Assembly: GCA_039810045.1 (NCBI GenBank)
Contig: JBDHWF010000005.1
Span: 1 to 57,761 of the forward strand
Reading direction: 5' to 3'
DNA from: Chloroflexia bacterium
Lineage (GTDB): Bacteria; Chloroflexota; Chloroflexia; Thermomicrobiales; CADCWN01
DNA: 57,761 bases
The notes under the pieces are model-generated. The model was not told the DNA's origin, ran no database searches, and saw only the letters and a list, made by a program, of their open reading frames with translations. This document shows, piece after piece, positions 38,622 to 47,630 of the stretch (its first letter is position 1; each line of letters opens with the position of its first letter). The translations under genes and the position numbers were made by a program.

Positions 38622-39409
38622 GGGCGGGGGGCAGACCCATGGCGGCGTGGGCCGCCTTGTTGGGCGCGGCGCATCGATTGGTTCGCAAAGATCAGGTAGG
38701 TAATGACCAGAGTGCTGGCAAAGGCCCACCACTGAATGGTGTATGCCAGGTGCGAGCCACTGCTGAGATCGGGCGGCCCGACAGCACGCGGCAGGGGCTC
38801 CTTTGGCGCAACAGGGAGCCGCTGCACCCAATATGGGAGCAGTGGGTAGGGGACCATGGCCCCGATTGCCGCCAGATCAACCTGCGAAACAACCCCAGGC
38901 TCAGCGCTTGGGGTGCTTTGGGGTTGCGATTCATAGATCAGGCCCTCAAATGTGGCCTGATCATTTTGCTGATAAGCGCGCCGATTGGTCGCTTCCTGGT
39001 AGGGAATCCAGCCCCGGTCAACCAGCAGCACCTGTTCGGTGCCTGCAATCTGGAGCGGAGTCAGTAAGTGTACCCCTGCCTGCCCATCAAGGGAGCGGTA
39101 GCGCAGTTCAACTTCGTTGGCGTAATCCCAACGCCCAGAGACCTGTACCCGCCGATAGGTCAGGCTGGCAAGGTTGTTCGTTTGGATTGCCTGGGCATTC
39201 AAGGTGATCGGCGGTAGCGCCAATTGGCGCGAGATGGCGGCGTTCGCAGCCAATCGCCCCTGCCAACGACCAAACTGCCACCCGCCAAGCCACAGCATGA
39301 CACCTGTCGCCAGGATCACGACCAGCGTGGCGAGCAACCATCGCCCGTGCCACAACCTACGCCAGAAGTGCGGCACCAACGCAAAGCTGTTGCGCCGCTG
39401 CCTGCTCAC
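38618..39409 (-). CDS. SURF1 family protein
   Basis: LG.WQ..R, G.HLLTPL, LVDRGWIP, HLAYTIQWW. Start uncertain. Confidence 0.88.
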   Translation of the reverse strand: MSRQRRNSFALVPHFWRRLWHGRWLLATLVVILATGVMLWLGGWQFGRWQGRLAANAAISRQLALPPITLNAQAIQTNNLASLTYRRVQVSGRWDYANEVELRYRSLDGQAGVHLLTPLQIAGTEQVLLVDRGWIPYQEATNRRAYQQNDQATFEGLIYESQPQSTPSAEPGVVSQVDLAAIGAMVPYPLLPYWVQRLPVAPKEPLPRAVGPPDLSSGSHLAYTIQWWAFASTLVITYLIFANQSMRRAQQGGPRRHGSAPRP

Positions 39410-39611
39410 GCCATAGCCGCCATGGGGGGCCTGCTTCGTTCGTGGTGTTGATCCTAAACCCAACTGCTTTTACTCATTCATTGCGGACAACGATCCTGGG
39501 CCGCAAGGCCACATTGCCTTGCGGCAAGGACAGTATCACTATCCATATTCTATGGTAACTCGCCTGAATGTCCCAGAGGATCGGCGCGCCTTATGCGGCG
39601 AAGTGGCCTTT

Positions 39612-39628
39612 GGTGTGAACGTGGACAG
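39612..39628 (+). repeat. 17-bp motif, copy 3 (intergenic)
   Basis: GGTGTGAACGTGGACAG between the SURF1 and Lon-N genes. Confidence 0.97.
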
Positions 39629-39711
39629 CCAGCAGCAAGCAGATTACAGCGAGGGGGATAGTAGCGGGTCACGGGATATTTCCGTGGCGAGATTGCGAAG
39701 CGGCTACTGGC

Positions 39712-40392
39712 TTAGTTATCTTGCAGCAAGGCTGCTGCCCCCTGCACCTGATAGATCGCTGGGGCAGCGCCAAACTCTCGAAACATTCCTCGCTCTCGTC
39801 GCAATAAGCGTTGTTCCTCCAACAGGCGCATATCGGTTGAGAATGCTTCCAGTAAGCGTTGCTTCTCCCAGGGGTAGATCGGTAGATAATGCGCGACCAG
39901 ATAGGAAGCCGCCGTTGGATCATCAGGAAAGGCGAGCGGCTCACGCTGCGTGTTCGTTACCGTCGCCAGATCGTCAAGCATTCCTTCAAACTGTTCTTCG
40001 ACGTTGGCCCGCAAGATCTCCAGTCCCCTGCTATCCTGTTCCTCCTCTGAAAGAAGCTCCACCTGGGCAGTGAGGTATTCCAGTTCATACTGGCTCTCTA
40101 AAATCTGAAAGCGTGAGGTGCCACGAGTCACCAGGTTATAGCGACCATCATCCATACGGATATGTCGCACAATCCGCGCTACCGTGCCAACGGTATACGG
40201 CACTTCGCGGTTATGCGGCGTCACTCCTGGACTGACCAGCGCCACCCCAAATGTTCGATTCCCTTCCAGGCATCGCGCGATCATCGCTTTGTAGCGTTCT
40301 TCAAAGATGTGCAATGGCAGCGGCATCCCTGGAAAAAGAACGACATTGAGCGGAAAAATTGGAATGGTGAGGATTGTTGTTGGTTGTTCCAT
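39712..40392 (-). CDS. Stand-alone Lon N-terminal (substrate-binding, PUA-like) domain protein
   Basis: IPIFPLNVVLFPGMPLPLHIFEERY, VGTVARI, G..RF.I. Confidence 0.9.
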   Translation of the reverse strand: MEQPTTILTIPIFPLNVVLFPGMPLPLHIFEERYKAMIARCLEGNRTFGVALVSPGVTPHNREVPYTVGTVARIVRHIRMDDGRYNLVTRGTSRFQILESQYELEYLTAQVELLSEEEQDSRGLEILRANVEEQFEGMLDDLATVTNTQREPLAFPDDPTAASYLVAHYLPIYPWEKQRLLEAFSTDMRLLEEQRLLRRERGMFREFGAAPAIYQVQGAAALLQDN

Positions 40393-40561
40393 CGTACCAC
40401 CAGTATCTGCAAATGACTCTCCCTATTATACTCCCCCGCACAAATATCGTGCGGCGATCAGGCCACGCACCACCACTCCTGACAGCCATAAGCACCATAT
40501 ACTAGAATGAAATACTAGAATAAAGGAGCAAAGAACTTACGCTGTATCCACTGGGGAGGAG

Positions 40562-41242
40562 ATGACACAAGAACCACCAACCCAACAACGCTACCATTAT
40601 CCAGCGATCGCCGTTGATATGATCATCTTCACGATGGGCGACGACGATTTGCAGGTGTTGTTGGTGCAACGCCGTGGTCAACCATTCGCCGGGCAATGGG
40701 CGTTTCCTGGGGGCTTTGTTGACCCCGATGAATCGCTCGATGCTGCCGCCGTGCGTGAACTGCGCGAGGAAACCGCCGTCAGCGACATTTATTTGGAACA
40801 ACTCTACACCTTCGGCGAACCACAGCGCGATCCACGCGGGCGCGTGATCTCGGTCGCCTACTTTGCCCTGGTGCGTCAGCCGCCCGCCGTTACCAGCGGG
40901 GACGATGCCGCCGATGCCCAATGGTTTCCCTTACAGGCACTGCCACCGCTCGCCTTCGATCACGCCACGATTCTCGATTACGCCCTGGAACGGGTGCGGA
41001 ATAAGGTAGAGTACACCAATATTGTCTACAGCCTATTGCCAGCAACCTTCACGCTGACCGAATTACAACGTACCTATGAGATCATTTTGGGCCGCCAGAT
41101 TGATAAGCGCAATTTCCGCAAGAAGATCAGCTCGCTTGATCTCGTTGTTCCTACTGGTGATGTCCGTCGTGATGGGGCCCATCGTCCGGCCAAGCTCTAT
41201 CGCTTCCGCTCACGCGAACCACGGATTGTAGAAATCTTCTAA
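40562..41242 (+). CDS. NrtR-type Nudix/winged-helix regulator
   Basis: WAFPGGFV..ES..AA.RELREET, LEQLYTFG.P.RDPRGR, LAFDH, FTL.ELQ..YE.IL, NFRKK, HRPAKLY. Confidence 0.9.
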   Translation: MTQEPPTQQRYHYPAIAVDMIIFTMGDDDLQVLLVQRRGQPFAGQWAFPGGFVDPDESLDAAAVRELREETAVSDIYLEQLYTFGEPQRDPRGRVISVAYFALVRQPPAVTSGDDAADAQWFPLQALPPLAFDHATILDYALERVRNKVEYTNIVYSLLPATFTLTELQRTYEIILGRQIDKRNFRKKISSLDLVVPTGDVRRDGAHRPAKLYRFRSREPRIVEIF

Positions 41243-41413
41243 GCACAACTTCGCCAATTGGCTGTCAGCACAAGGCTCATTTCCTGCTTGTAGCAATTGA
41301 TAATAGACATTCCCATAACCTTGTACCTGCGTAGACTATTCGACATGAATTGACATATTCGCTATATTTCCCCGATCAAACAGCGAGCGCTGCGCGTGAA
41401 GGGAGGAATGCTG

Positions 41414-42616
41414 ATGCAGATTCGTCGCTGGCGACGCACTGTACGACTGAGCGCTACCGCGATCATCGTACTGCTCTTGCTTGCCCCTGGCGCAACAGCA
41501 TTGGCCGCGCCAATCACCCGCGAACAAGCGCTGGTTCCCCCAATCGTCCCATTCCCTGGCGCAGTCACCTTTCGTCTTTTTGCCACCCGTGAAGGGCTGG
41601 TTGGCGGGATCACCGCGAATGGGCATCAGATCAAAGAGCGCGATCGCTTTGTTGCCCTGCCTTCGAAGGCAGCACTGGCGAAGAAAGATGGCTACGACAA
41701 GCAAGTATTGGTCTCCTATAAAGGGCGTCAGGCAGTTGCGCCAGTCTGGGATGTTGGACCGTGGAATATCAAAGATAACTATTGGGATCCACCAGCAGCC
41801 CGGGTAACGGGCAACGGCTTGCCGCGTGGTTGGCCCGCTGCCCAGGCCCAGTTCTTCGACAAATATAATGGCGGGATTAGCGATAAGGGCTATGTCGTGC
41901 GTAACCCCGCCGGCATCGATCTGGCTGATGGCCTGTTTTGGGATGACCTGAAAATGACTGATGGCGATTGGGTCGATGTCACCTTCCTCTGGCTCAGCCC
42001 CGGTGGAGCCTACTTCAGCCAACCAATTGACCCACAAGTGCGCCAGCCAATCGCCCCTTTCCCTTCAACAGCAACAAAGCGCTATTTCAGCGAAACCGGC
42101 CATAGTCTGGCCGACCCATTCAAGCAGTATTGGGAGCAACACGGCGGCCTCGCACAGTTCGGCTTCCCGCTAACCGAGCCATACCGCGAGCGCAGCATCG
42201 ATGATGGCAAAGAGTATCTGGTGCAATATTTTGAGCGGGCGCGGTTTGAGTATCACCCCGAGAGCGCCAACCCTGAGTATCAGGTGTTACTCGGCTTCTT
42301 GGGGAAAGTGTTTCATCCACCTGATCCACCAGTTCCCGCCAAGCCCAACGCCCGCTTCTTCCCAGAAACGGGGCACAATCTCGATGGGCTCTTTCGGAGC
42401 TATTGGGAAGCGAATGGTGGTCTGGCGATCTACGGTTTGCCAATCAGCGAGGAGATCAGGGAGGTCAGCCCAATCGACGGCAAGCCATACACGGTGCAGT
42501 ATTTTGAACGGGCGCGGTTCGAGGCACACCCAGAATACGCCGCACCGTACAATGTTTTACTCGGCCATCTTGGTCGCCAATTGCTCGACCTACGTGGGGC
42601 TTTCCCCGTGCGCTAG
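41414..42616 (+). CDS. Secreted protein: RlpA/double-psi beta-barrel-like domain plus two Chloroflexi-type surface repeats
   Basis: Signal peptide; TANG..FVALP...VWDVGPW...GIDL; two repeats (Y/F)F.ETGH.L...F..YW...GGL...G.P..E...VQYFERARFE.HPE. Confidence 0.8.
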   Translation: MQIRRWRRTVRLSATAIIVLLLLAPGATALAAPITREQALVPPIVPFPGAVTFRLFATREGLVGGITANGHQIKERDRFVALPSKAALAKKDGYDKQVLVSYKGRQAVAPVWDVGPWNIKDNYWDPPAARVTGNGLPRGWPAAQAQFFDKYNGGISDKGYVVRNPAGIDLADGLFWDDLKMTDGDWVDVTFLWLSPGGAYFSQPIDPQVRQPIAPFPSTATKRYFSETGHSLADPFKQYWEQHGGLAQFGFPLTEPYRERSIDDGKEYLVQYFERARFEYHPESANPEYQVLLGFLGKVFHPPDPPVPAKPNARFFPETGHNLDGLFRSYWEANGGLAIYGLPISEEIREVSPIDGKPYTVQYFERARFEAHPEYAAPYNVLLGHLGRQLLDLRGAFPVR

Positions 42617-43240
42617 GTGGGCCTGATCATTACGCCGTAGAAATGTCGCAGGCTGTCCTGCTATCCACGCAGCAGGGTCAATGGTGACTTCACTTACGGC
42701 GCAGTTGCCAATCCCCATGTGGGCATTCGGCCATTGATCGCCTGGTTCACGCAAGAGGTAACTGATCGCCCAGGCCAAGGCCCCACCATGCGAAACAAGC
42801 ACGACTGCCTGAGCATCGTCGAGATGTTGCGTAATCAGGTTGTCCAGTTCTGCAACGATGCGGGCGGCAAAGATCGCGCCACTTTCTCCACCAGGCCAGG
42901 TAAAGGCGACCCCATCTTGCTGGAACGCCGCCAGTTGATCGGGGAAACACTCTGCCCACTGCGCGAAGGTCAGGCCGGCGGCCTGGCCTACATTGATTTC
43001 AGCCAGGGCGGGCCGGGGCTGAGGCGTCAGGCCCGTTGCTGCCCCGATGATCTGTGCCGTCTCAAAGGCCCGTGCAAACGGACTACTGTAGAGGCTGCCC
43101 AGATCGCCACGCTGCGCAAGCGCAGCAGCGAGCGCCCGCGCTTGCTGGCGGCCCTGATCAGTGAGCGGATCATGCTCATCTTGGAGTTGGTGGGCAAGGT
43201 TGCCCGTTGTTTCACCATGCCGAACAAGGAGCAGGCGCAC
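42590..43240 (-). CDS. Histidine phosphatase family protein (paralog 2)
   Basis: RHGE, SSP..RA..TA, AEIN.G, SHGG. Confidence 0.92.
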   Translation of the reverse strand: MRLLLVRHGETTGNLAHQLQDEHDPLTDQGRQQARALAAALAQRGDLGSLYSSPFARAFETAQIIGAATGLTPQPRPALAEINVGQAAGLTFAQWAECFPDQLAAFQQDGVAFTWPGGESGAIFAARIVAELDNLITQHLDDAQAVVLVSHGGALAWAISYLLREPGDQWPNAHMGIGNCAVSEVTIDPAAWIAGQPATFLRRNDQAHLAHGESPT

Positions 43241-43242
43241 GC

Positions 43243-43914
43243 TCAGACCTCAGTTGATTCCTCAGCCATTTCGCCTAATGCCAGCACCTCCTCTGGCTCA
43301 GGCGACAGATGGCTAATTTCATTGTGGCAGACAAAGGTAACGGCTTGCTCATCTTCATCAATGGTGACTTCGGTCAGTGAGCAGTTGTGCAATTGATGAC
43401 GGGGCCATTGCTCACGCGGTTCTCGTAGCAAATGATCGATCATCCAGCCCAAGGCGCCGCCATGTGAGACAACGATGACCCCGCCCCCTTCCAGCCGATG
43501 CGCACTAATAATCGCATCAACCGCTGCGGCTACCCGCGCAGCCAATTGCAGGCCACTCTCCCCCCCAGGCCAAACGAAACTTGGCCCCAGTTCGTTGAAT
43601 TGCTCGGCTAGGTCGGGGTGGGCAGCGGTCCATTCATCGAAGGTCATGCCAGCAGCGTCACCCAGGTTAATCTCAGCCAGGTCGTCTAACGGAATGGGGC
43701 GCAGGCCGATTGCTGCGCCAATCGTCTGCGCCGTCTCCAGAGCGCGGGCGGCAGGGCTGCAATAGAGTACTCGCAGGTCAGCCCGTTCGGCCAGGAGTGC
43801 GGCAATCTCGCCAGCCTGGATGCGTCCACGCTCGGTAAGATGGTCGTCGTCCATTTGCAGCCGACGGCTCTGATTACCAACCGATTCACCATGCCGTACC
43901 AGTAGTAGTTGCAT
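43243..43914 (-). CDS. Histidine phosphatase family protein (paralog 1)
   Basis: RHGE, CSP..RA..TA, AEIN.G, SHGG. Confidence 0.92.
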   Translation of the reverse strand: MQLLLVRHGESVGNQSRRLQMDDDHLTERGRIQAGEIAALLAERADLRVLYCSPAARALETAQTIGAAIGLRPIPLDDLAEINLGDAAGMTFDEWTAAHPDLAEQFNELGPSFVWPGGESGLQLAARVAAAVDAIISAHRLEGGGVIVVSHGGALGWMIDHLLREPREQWPRHQLHNCSLTEVTIDEDEQAVTFVCHNEISHLSPEPEEVLALGEMAEESTEV

Positions 43915-43922
43915 TGCTATCC

Positions 43923-44666
43923 TTATTCCTCGCTGAGGATCACCCCGCCAGCCGGTGTCACCATAATTGTATGCTCAAACTGCGCGGCCCAACCACCATC
44001 GAGAGTACGCACACTCCACCCATCCGCGTCGAAATCAACATCAGGTGCGCCTTCGACCAGAATAGGCTCAATGGTAATCACCAGCCCATCTTCCAAGATT
44101 GGCCCCGTCCCAGGGCGGCCAACAAATGGCACATCGGGGTCTTCATGCAAGTTGTGGCCCAAACCATGCCCAGTAAATCCCCGAACCAGGTTGAAGCCGC
44201 GCCGTTCGCCGTAACGCTGCATCGCGGCGCTAATATCGCCAACGCGCTTCCCCGTTACCACCGCCCGAATGCCCGCCTCCATTGCGCCATGTGTTGCGGC
44301 GATCAGCCGTCGCCGTCTGGCCCCAATCGCCCCAACTGGCACTGTTACGTTGGCATCGCCACAATACCCAGCCAGGCGCATTCCCGCGTCGATACTAATA
44401 ATGTCGCCTGCCTGCAATTGCTGGTCGCCCGGAACACCGTGCAGCACGACATCGTTAACCGAGGTGTTGATGCAGCCAGGGAAACCTGCCTCAACGTTAA
44501 AGATTGGCTCTGCGCCGATCCGCGCCAGGTAGTTGGCGGCGTGAGTATCCAGCGTCGCCGTGGTAATCCCCGGTTCAACCAGCGCCGCCAACTCCTGCAA
44601 CAGGCTCATTGTGGCGCGGTTCGCTCGCCGCAATCCGGTCAGATCTGCCAAATCTTTGATAACCAT
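43923..44666 (-). CDS. map: Type I methionine aminopeptidase
   Basis: SVND.VLHGVP, DIISID..GYCGD, GHGLG..LHEDP, TIEP, AQFEHT; all metal ligands present. Confidence 0.93.
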   Translation of the reverse strand: MVIKDLADLTGLRRANRATMSLLQELAALVEPGITTATLDTHAANYLARIGAEPIFNVEAGFPGCINTSVNDVVLHGVPGDQQLQAGDIISIDAGMRLAGYCGDANVTVPVGAIGARRRRLIAATHGAMEAGIRAVVTGKRVGDISAAMQRYGERRGFNLVRGFTGHGLGHNLHEDPDVPFVGRPGTGPILEDGLVITIEPILVEGAPDVDFDADGWSVRTLDGGWAAQFEHTIMVTPAGGVILSEE

Positions 44667-44777
44667 GAAAATCTCCCTCGCCCGTATCGTGCCCTATGCA
44701 GGGAGGATAGTAGCACGAACGGCCATTTTCTACTTCTCGCACGAGTTGGATACGAATTACGGTCCGCCGCTGCCTCT

Positions 44778-44794
44778 GGTGTGAACGTGGACAG
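44778..44794 (+). repeat. 17-bp motif, copy 4 (intergenic)
   Basis: GGTGTGAACGTGGACAG between the divergent map and M16 genes. Confidence 0.97.
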
Positions 44795-44884
44795 TCACCA
44801 CAACCCTATCAAACGCGTTACTTTCCGTGCGACAATACGATCTCTTGCTGTTATCTAAAGGCCTGAGCGAGCCAGAGAGGAATT

Positions 44885-47563
44885 GTGAGAAAGATGAACG
44901 ATAGCCCAACCCGCCTGACAACGTTAGCGAACGGCCTGACGATCTTGACCCATGAGACCCATACAGCCCCCGTCGCCACGTTTTGGGTCTGGTACGGAGT
45001 GGGCGCACGCAATGAAATACCAGGATATACGGGCATCTCCCACTGGGTTGAGCATATGCTTTTCAAGGCTACGCCCAAGCTCGGTGCTGGGGAAATATTT
45101 CGGCTGGTCAACAAGAACGGCGGGACGCTGAATGGATTTACCTCGCTCGACTATACCGCCTATTATGAACCCCTTCCTGCCGATAAACTCGACCTCGCAA
45201 TCACGATTGAAGCAGATCGGATGATCAACGCTCGTTTCGACCCTGCTGAAGTGGCTTCTGAGCGCACAGTCATTATCTCGGAAAAGCAGGGCGGCGAAAA
45301 TTATCCGGCCACCCACCTGCGCGAAACAACAGTCGCCGCCGCTTTTCGGATTCATCCGTATCGGCAGGGAGTCATTGGGTATCTCAGTGATCTGCAAGCG
45401 ATCACGCGTGATGACCTCTATCACCATTATCAAACCTATTACGCACCAAATAACGCGACCGTCGTAGCTGTGGGCGATTTCCAGACGGAGGAATTGCTCG
45501 CCAAGATTGAATCTGCCTTCGGGGCGATCCCTCGTGGCGGTGCAATACCGCTCGTCCGCTCGGTAGAGCCAGCCCAAGAAGGTGAACGACGGGTGTTGGT
45601 TCGTCGTCCAGGGCCATTACCGCAATTTCTGGCGTCCTATCATGCTCCAGCAGTGACCAGCCCTGATGTTTTTCCGCTGATGGTGCTGGATGCGATCCTC
45701 AGTGGGGCTGGGGCGATGGGGATGTCGGGCGGTGGGGCGAGCCTGGGGCGATCATCACGCCTCTACCGCGCGCTCGTTGAAACGGAGCTTGCATCCAGTG
45801 CCTCGAGCAGTTTCAGTCTGATGAAGGATCCGTACCTCTTTAGCCTCTCGGCTGGGCTGCGCCCCAATGTATCATTGGAACACGTTGAGCAGGTCTTCTT
45901 TGAGCAGGTTGATCAACTGCGAAGCCAACCCCCCACTGATGAAGAGCTGGCCCGCGCCCTCAAAGGACTACGTGCCCAATTCGCCTACGCCAGTGAAGGG
46001 GTAACCAGTATTGCCTACTGGCTCGGCAGTATGAATACGATTAATACCTATACTATGTATGAGCAATTCTTACCTCAACTTGCCACAGTTACCGCTGCCG
46101 ATGTACAGCGAGTGGCGCAGCAATACCTCACCCCAGACAACCGCACGGTAGGGCAATTTATCCCTACCGCTGATGGCGGCAATGCCGGGACACCAGCAGC
46201 CGCGAGTTACTGGCCGCTGCAAGAATATCGCTGGCTACAGCAGCCACCAGTTAACGCAGCAGCCACGCCGACTGAGCCAGCGTCTGGTAAGCCCACCCAC
46301 GTAGCGCTTGAACGGCAGACCCTGCCTAATGGCATTGTCGTCCTGGGCAATGAACGACTAGAGTCGCCAGCGGTAGTCGTGCGGGCGCGGATGCGTGCTG
46401 GGGCCTTCTATGATACGCAGGCGACTGAAGGGTTAGCGCGGCTTACTGCACTAATGTTGCAACGCGGCACAGCAAATCATAGCTTTGCCGAACTCAATGC
46501 CTTAACTGATGCATTAGGGGCATCAATTGGCGTGGACCCTGGGCGGATCGTAATTGACCTGCGCGTGCGCTGTCTGGTCGAGGATTTCGAGCAGATGGTG
46601 GAGTTGTTGGCTGATCTGCTACAACGGCCTACCTTCCCACAGGTTGAACTCGAGAAGGTGCGTGGGCAAACCCTGACCGCGATTCTCCAGGGTGATCAAG
46701 ATACTGGGACGCTGGCCGAGCGTGGTTTGCGCACCAACGCATACCCTGCTAATCACCCCTACGCCCGCTCCGTGATTGGCACCAAAGAGTCAGTGATCGC
46801 GCTCGACCGCGCGGCGCTAGTCGAATTCCATCAAGCATATTATCGGCCCGATCTACTTTCTATCTCAGTCGTTGGTGGGGTGCCGTTTGCCGAAGCGCTT
46901 GAGGTAATCACGACCCACTTCGGACAGTGGCAGGTACCTGGACCACAGCCCACCTTAGTGATCCCACCAGCCGCTATGCCCACTGCCCGTCAGTGGCATG
47001 AAGCCAACCTAGCGGGGAAATCACAGTCAGATATTGCGATGGGTCATCCTTCAATTCCCCGCACCGACCCTGACTATTATGCGCTGGAACTTGCCAATAT
47101 GATTCTCGGTCGCTTTGGGCTTGGCGGGCGATTAGGCAAGAGTGTACGGGAAAAACAGGGGCTGGCCTACTTCACTGGCAGTAGCCTTGCCGGAGGGTTG
47201 GGGCCAGGAGCCTGGGCTGCCCGCGCTGGGGTCGCACCAGAAAACGTTGAGCAGGCAGTGGACAGTATTTTGGCCGAGATTGAGCAGATACGGACAGCAC
47301 TGGTGAGTGCAGAAGAAATGACTGATGCGCTCGATTATCTGACTGGCTCACTACCGCTGGGCTTAGAAAGCCAGGACGGTGTAGCACGGCTCGCCCTGGA
47401 TATTGAGTTCTACAACCTGGGGCTGGACTACCTGGATCGCTATGCCGCTATTCTGCGGGCAGTCACGCGTGAACAGGTGCAGCAAGCAGCGCAGCAGCAT
47501 CTGCACCCCGACCACATGGTAATCTCCGTCGCTGGGCCACCACGTACGCCCAAAGCCGAGTAA
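44885..47563 (+). CDS. M16 zinc peptidase with two fused M16 modules
   Basis: HWVEHMLFK (HxxEH) with a downstream E in the first half; the second half lacks the motif. Confidence 0.92.
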   Translation: MRKMNDSPTRLTTLANGLTILTHETHTAPVATFWVWYGVGARNEIPGYTGISHWVEHMLFKATPKLGAGEIFRLVNKNGGTLNGFTSLDYTAYYEPLPADKLDLAITIEADRMINARFDPAEVASERTVIISEKQGGENYPATHLRETTVAAAFRIHPYRQGVIGYLSDLQAITRDDLYHHYQTYYAPNNATVVAVGDFQTEELLAKIESAFGAIPRGGAIPLVRSVEPAQEGERRVLVRRPGPLPQFLASYHAPAVTSPDVFPLMVLDAILSGAGAMGMSGGGASLGRSSRLYRALVETELASSASSSFSLMKDPYLFSLSAGLRPNVSLEHVEQVFFEQVDQLRSQPPTDEELARALKGLRAQFAYASEGVTSIAYWLGSMNTINTYTMYEQFLPQLATVTAADVQRVAQQYLTPDNRTVGQFIPTADGGNAGTPAAASYWPLQEYRWLQQPPVNAAATPTEPASGKPTHVALERQTLPNGIVVLGNERLESPAVVVRARMRAGAFYDTQATEGLARLTALMLQRGTANHSFAELNALTDALGASIGVDPGRIVIDLRVRCLVEDFEQMVELLADLLQRPTFPQVELEKVRGQTLTAILQGDQDTGTLAERGLRTNAYPANHPYARSVIGTKESVIALDRAALVEFHQAYYRPDLLSISVVGGVPFAEALEVITTHFGQWQVPGPQPTLVIPPAAMPTARQWHEANLAGKSQSDIAMGHPSIPRTDPDYYALELANMILGRFGLGGRLGKSVREKQGLAYFTGSSLAGGLGPGAWAARAGVAPENVEQAVDSILAEIEQIRTALVSAEEMTDALDYLTGSLPLGLESQDGVARLALDIEFYNLGLDYLDRYAAILRAVTREQVQQAAQQHLHPDHMVISVAGPPRTPKAE

Positions 47564-47592
47564 GGAAGCAAATAGCGGTAGCGGTTCGGAAG

Positions 47593-47621
47593 ATCAGGGC
47601 TGGCTCAGAGCCAGCCCTGAT
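47593..47621. terminator. 14-bp inverted repeat after the M16 gene, at the left edge of the origin region
   Basis: ATCAGGGCTGGCTC-a-GAGCCAGCCCTGAT. Confidence 0.65.
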
Positions 47622-47630
47622 GTATGGTGA

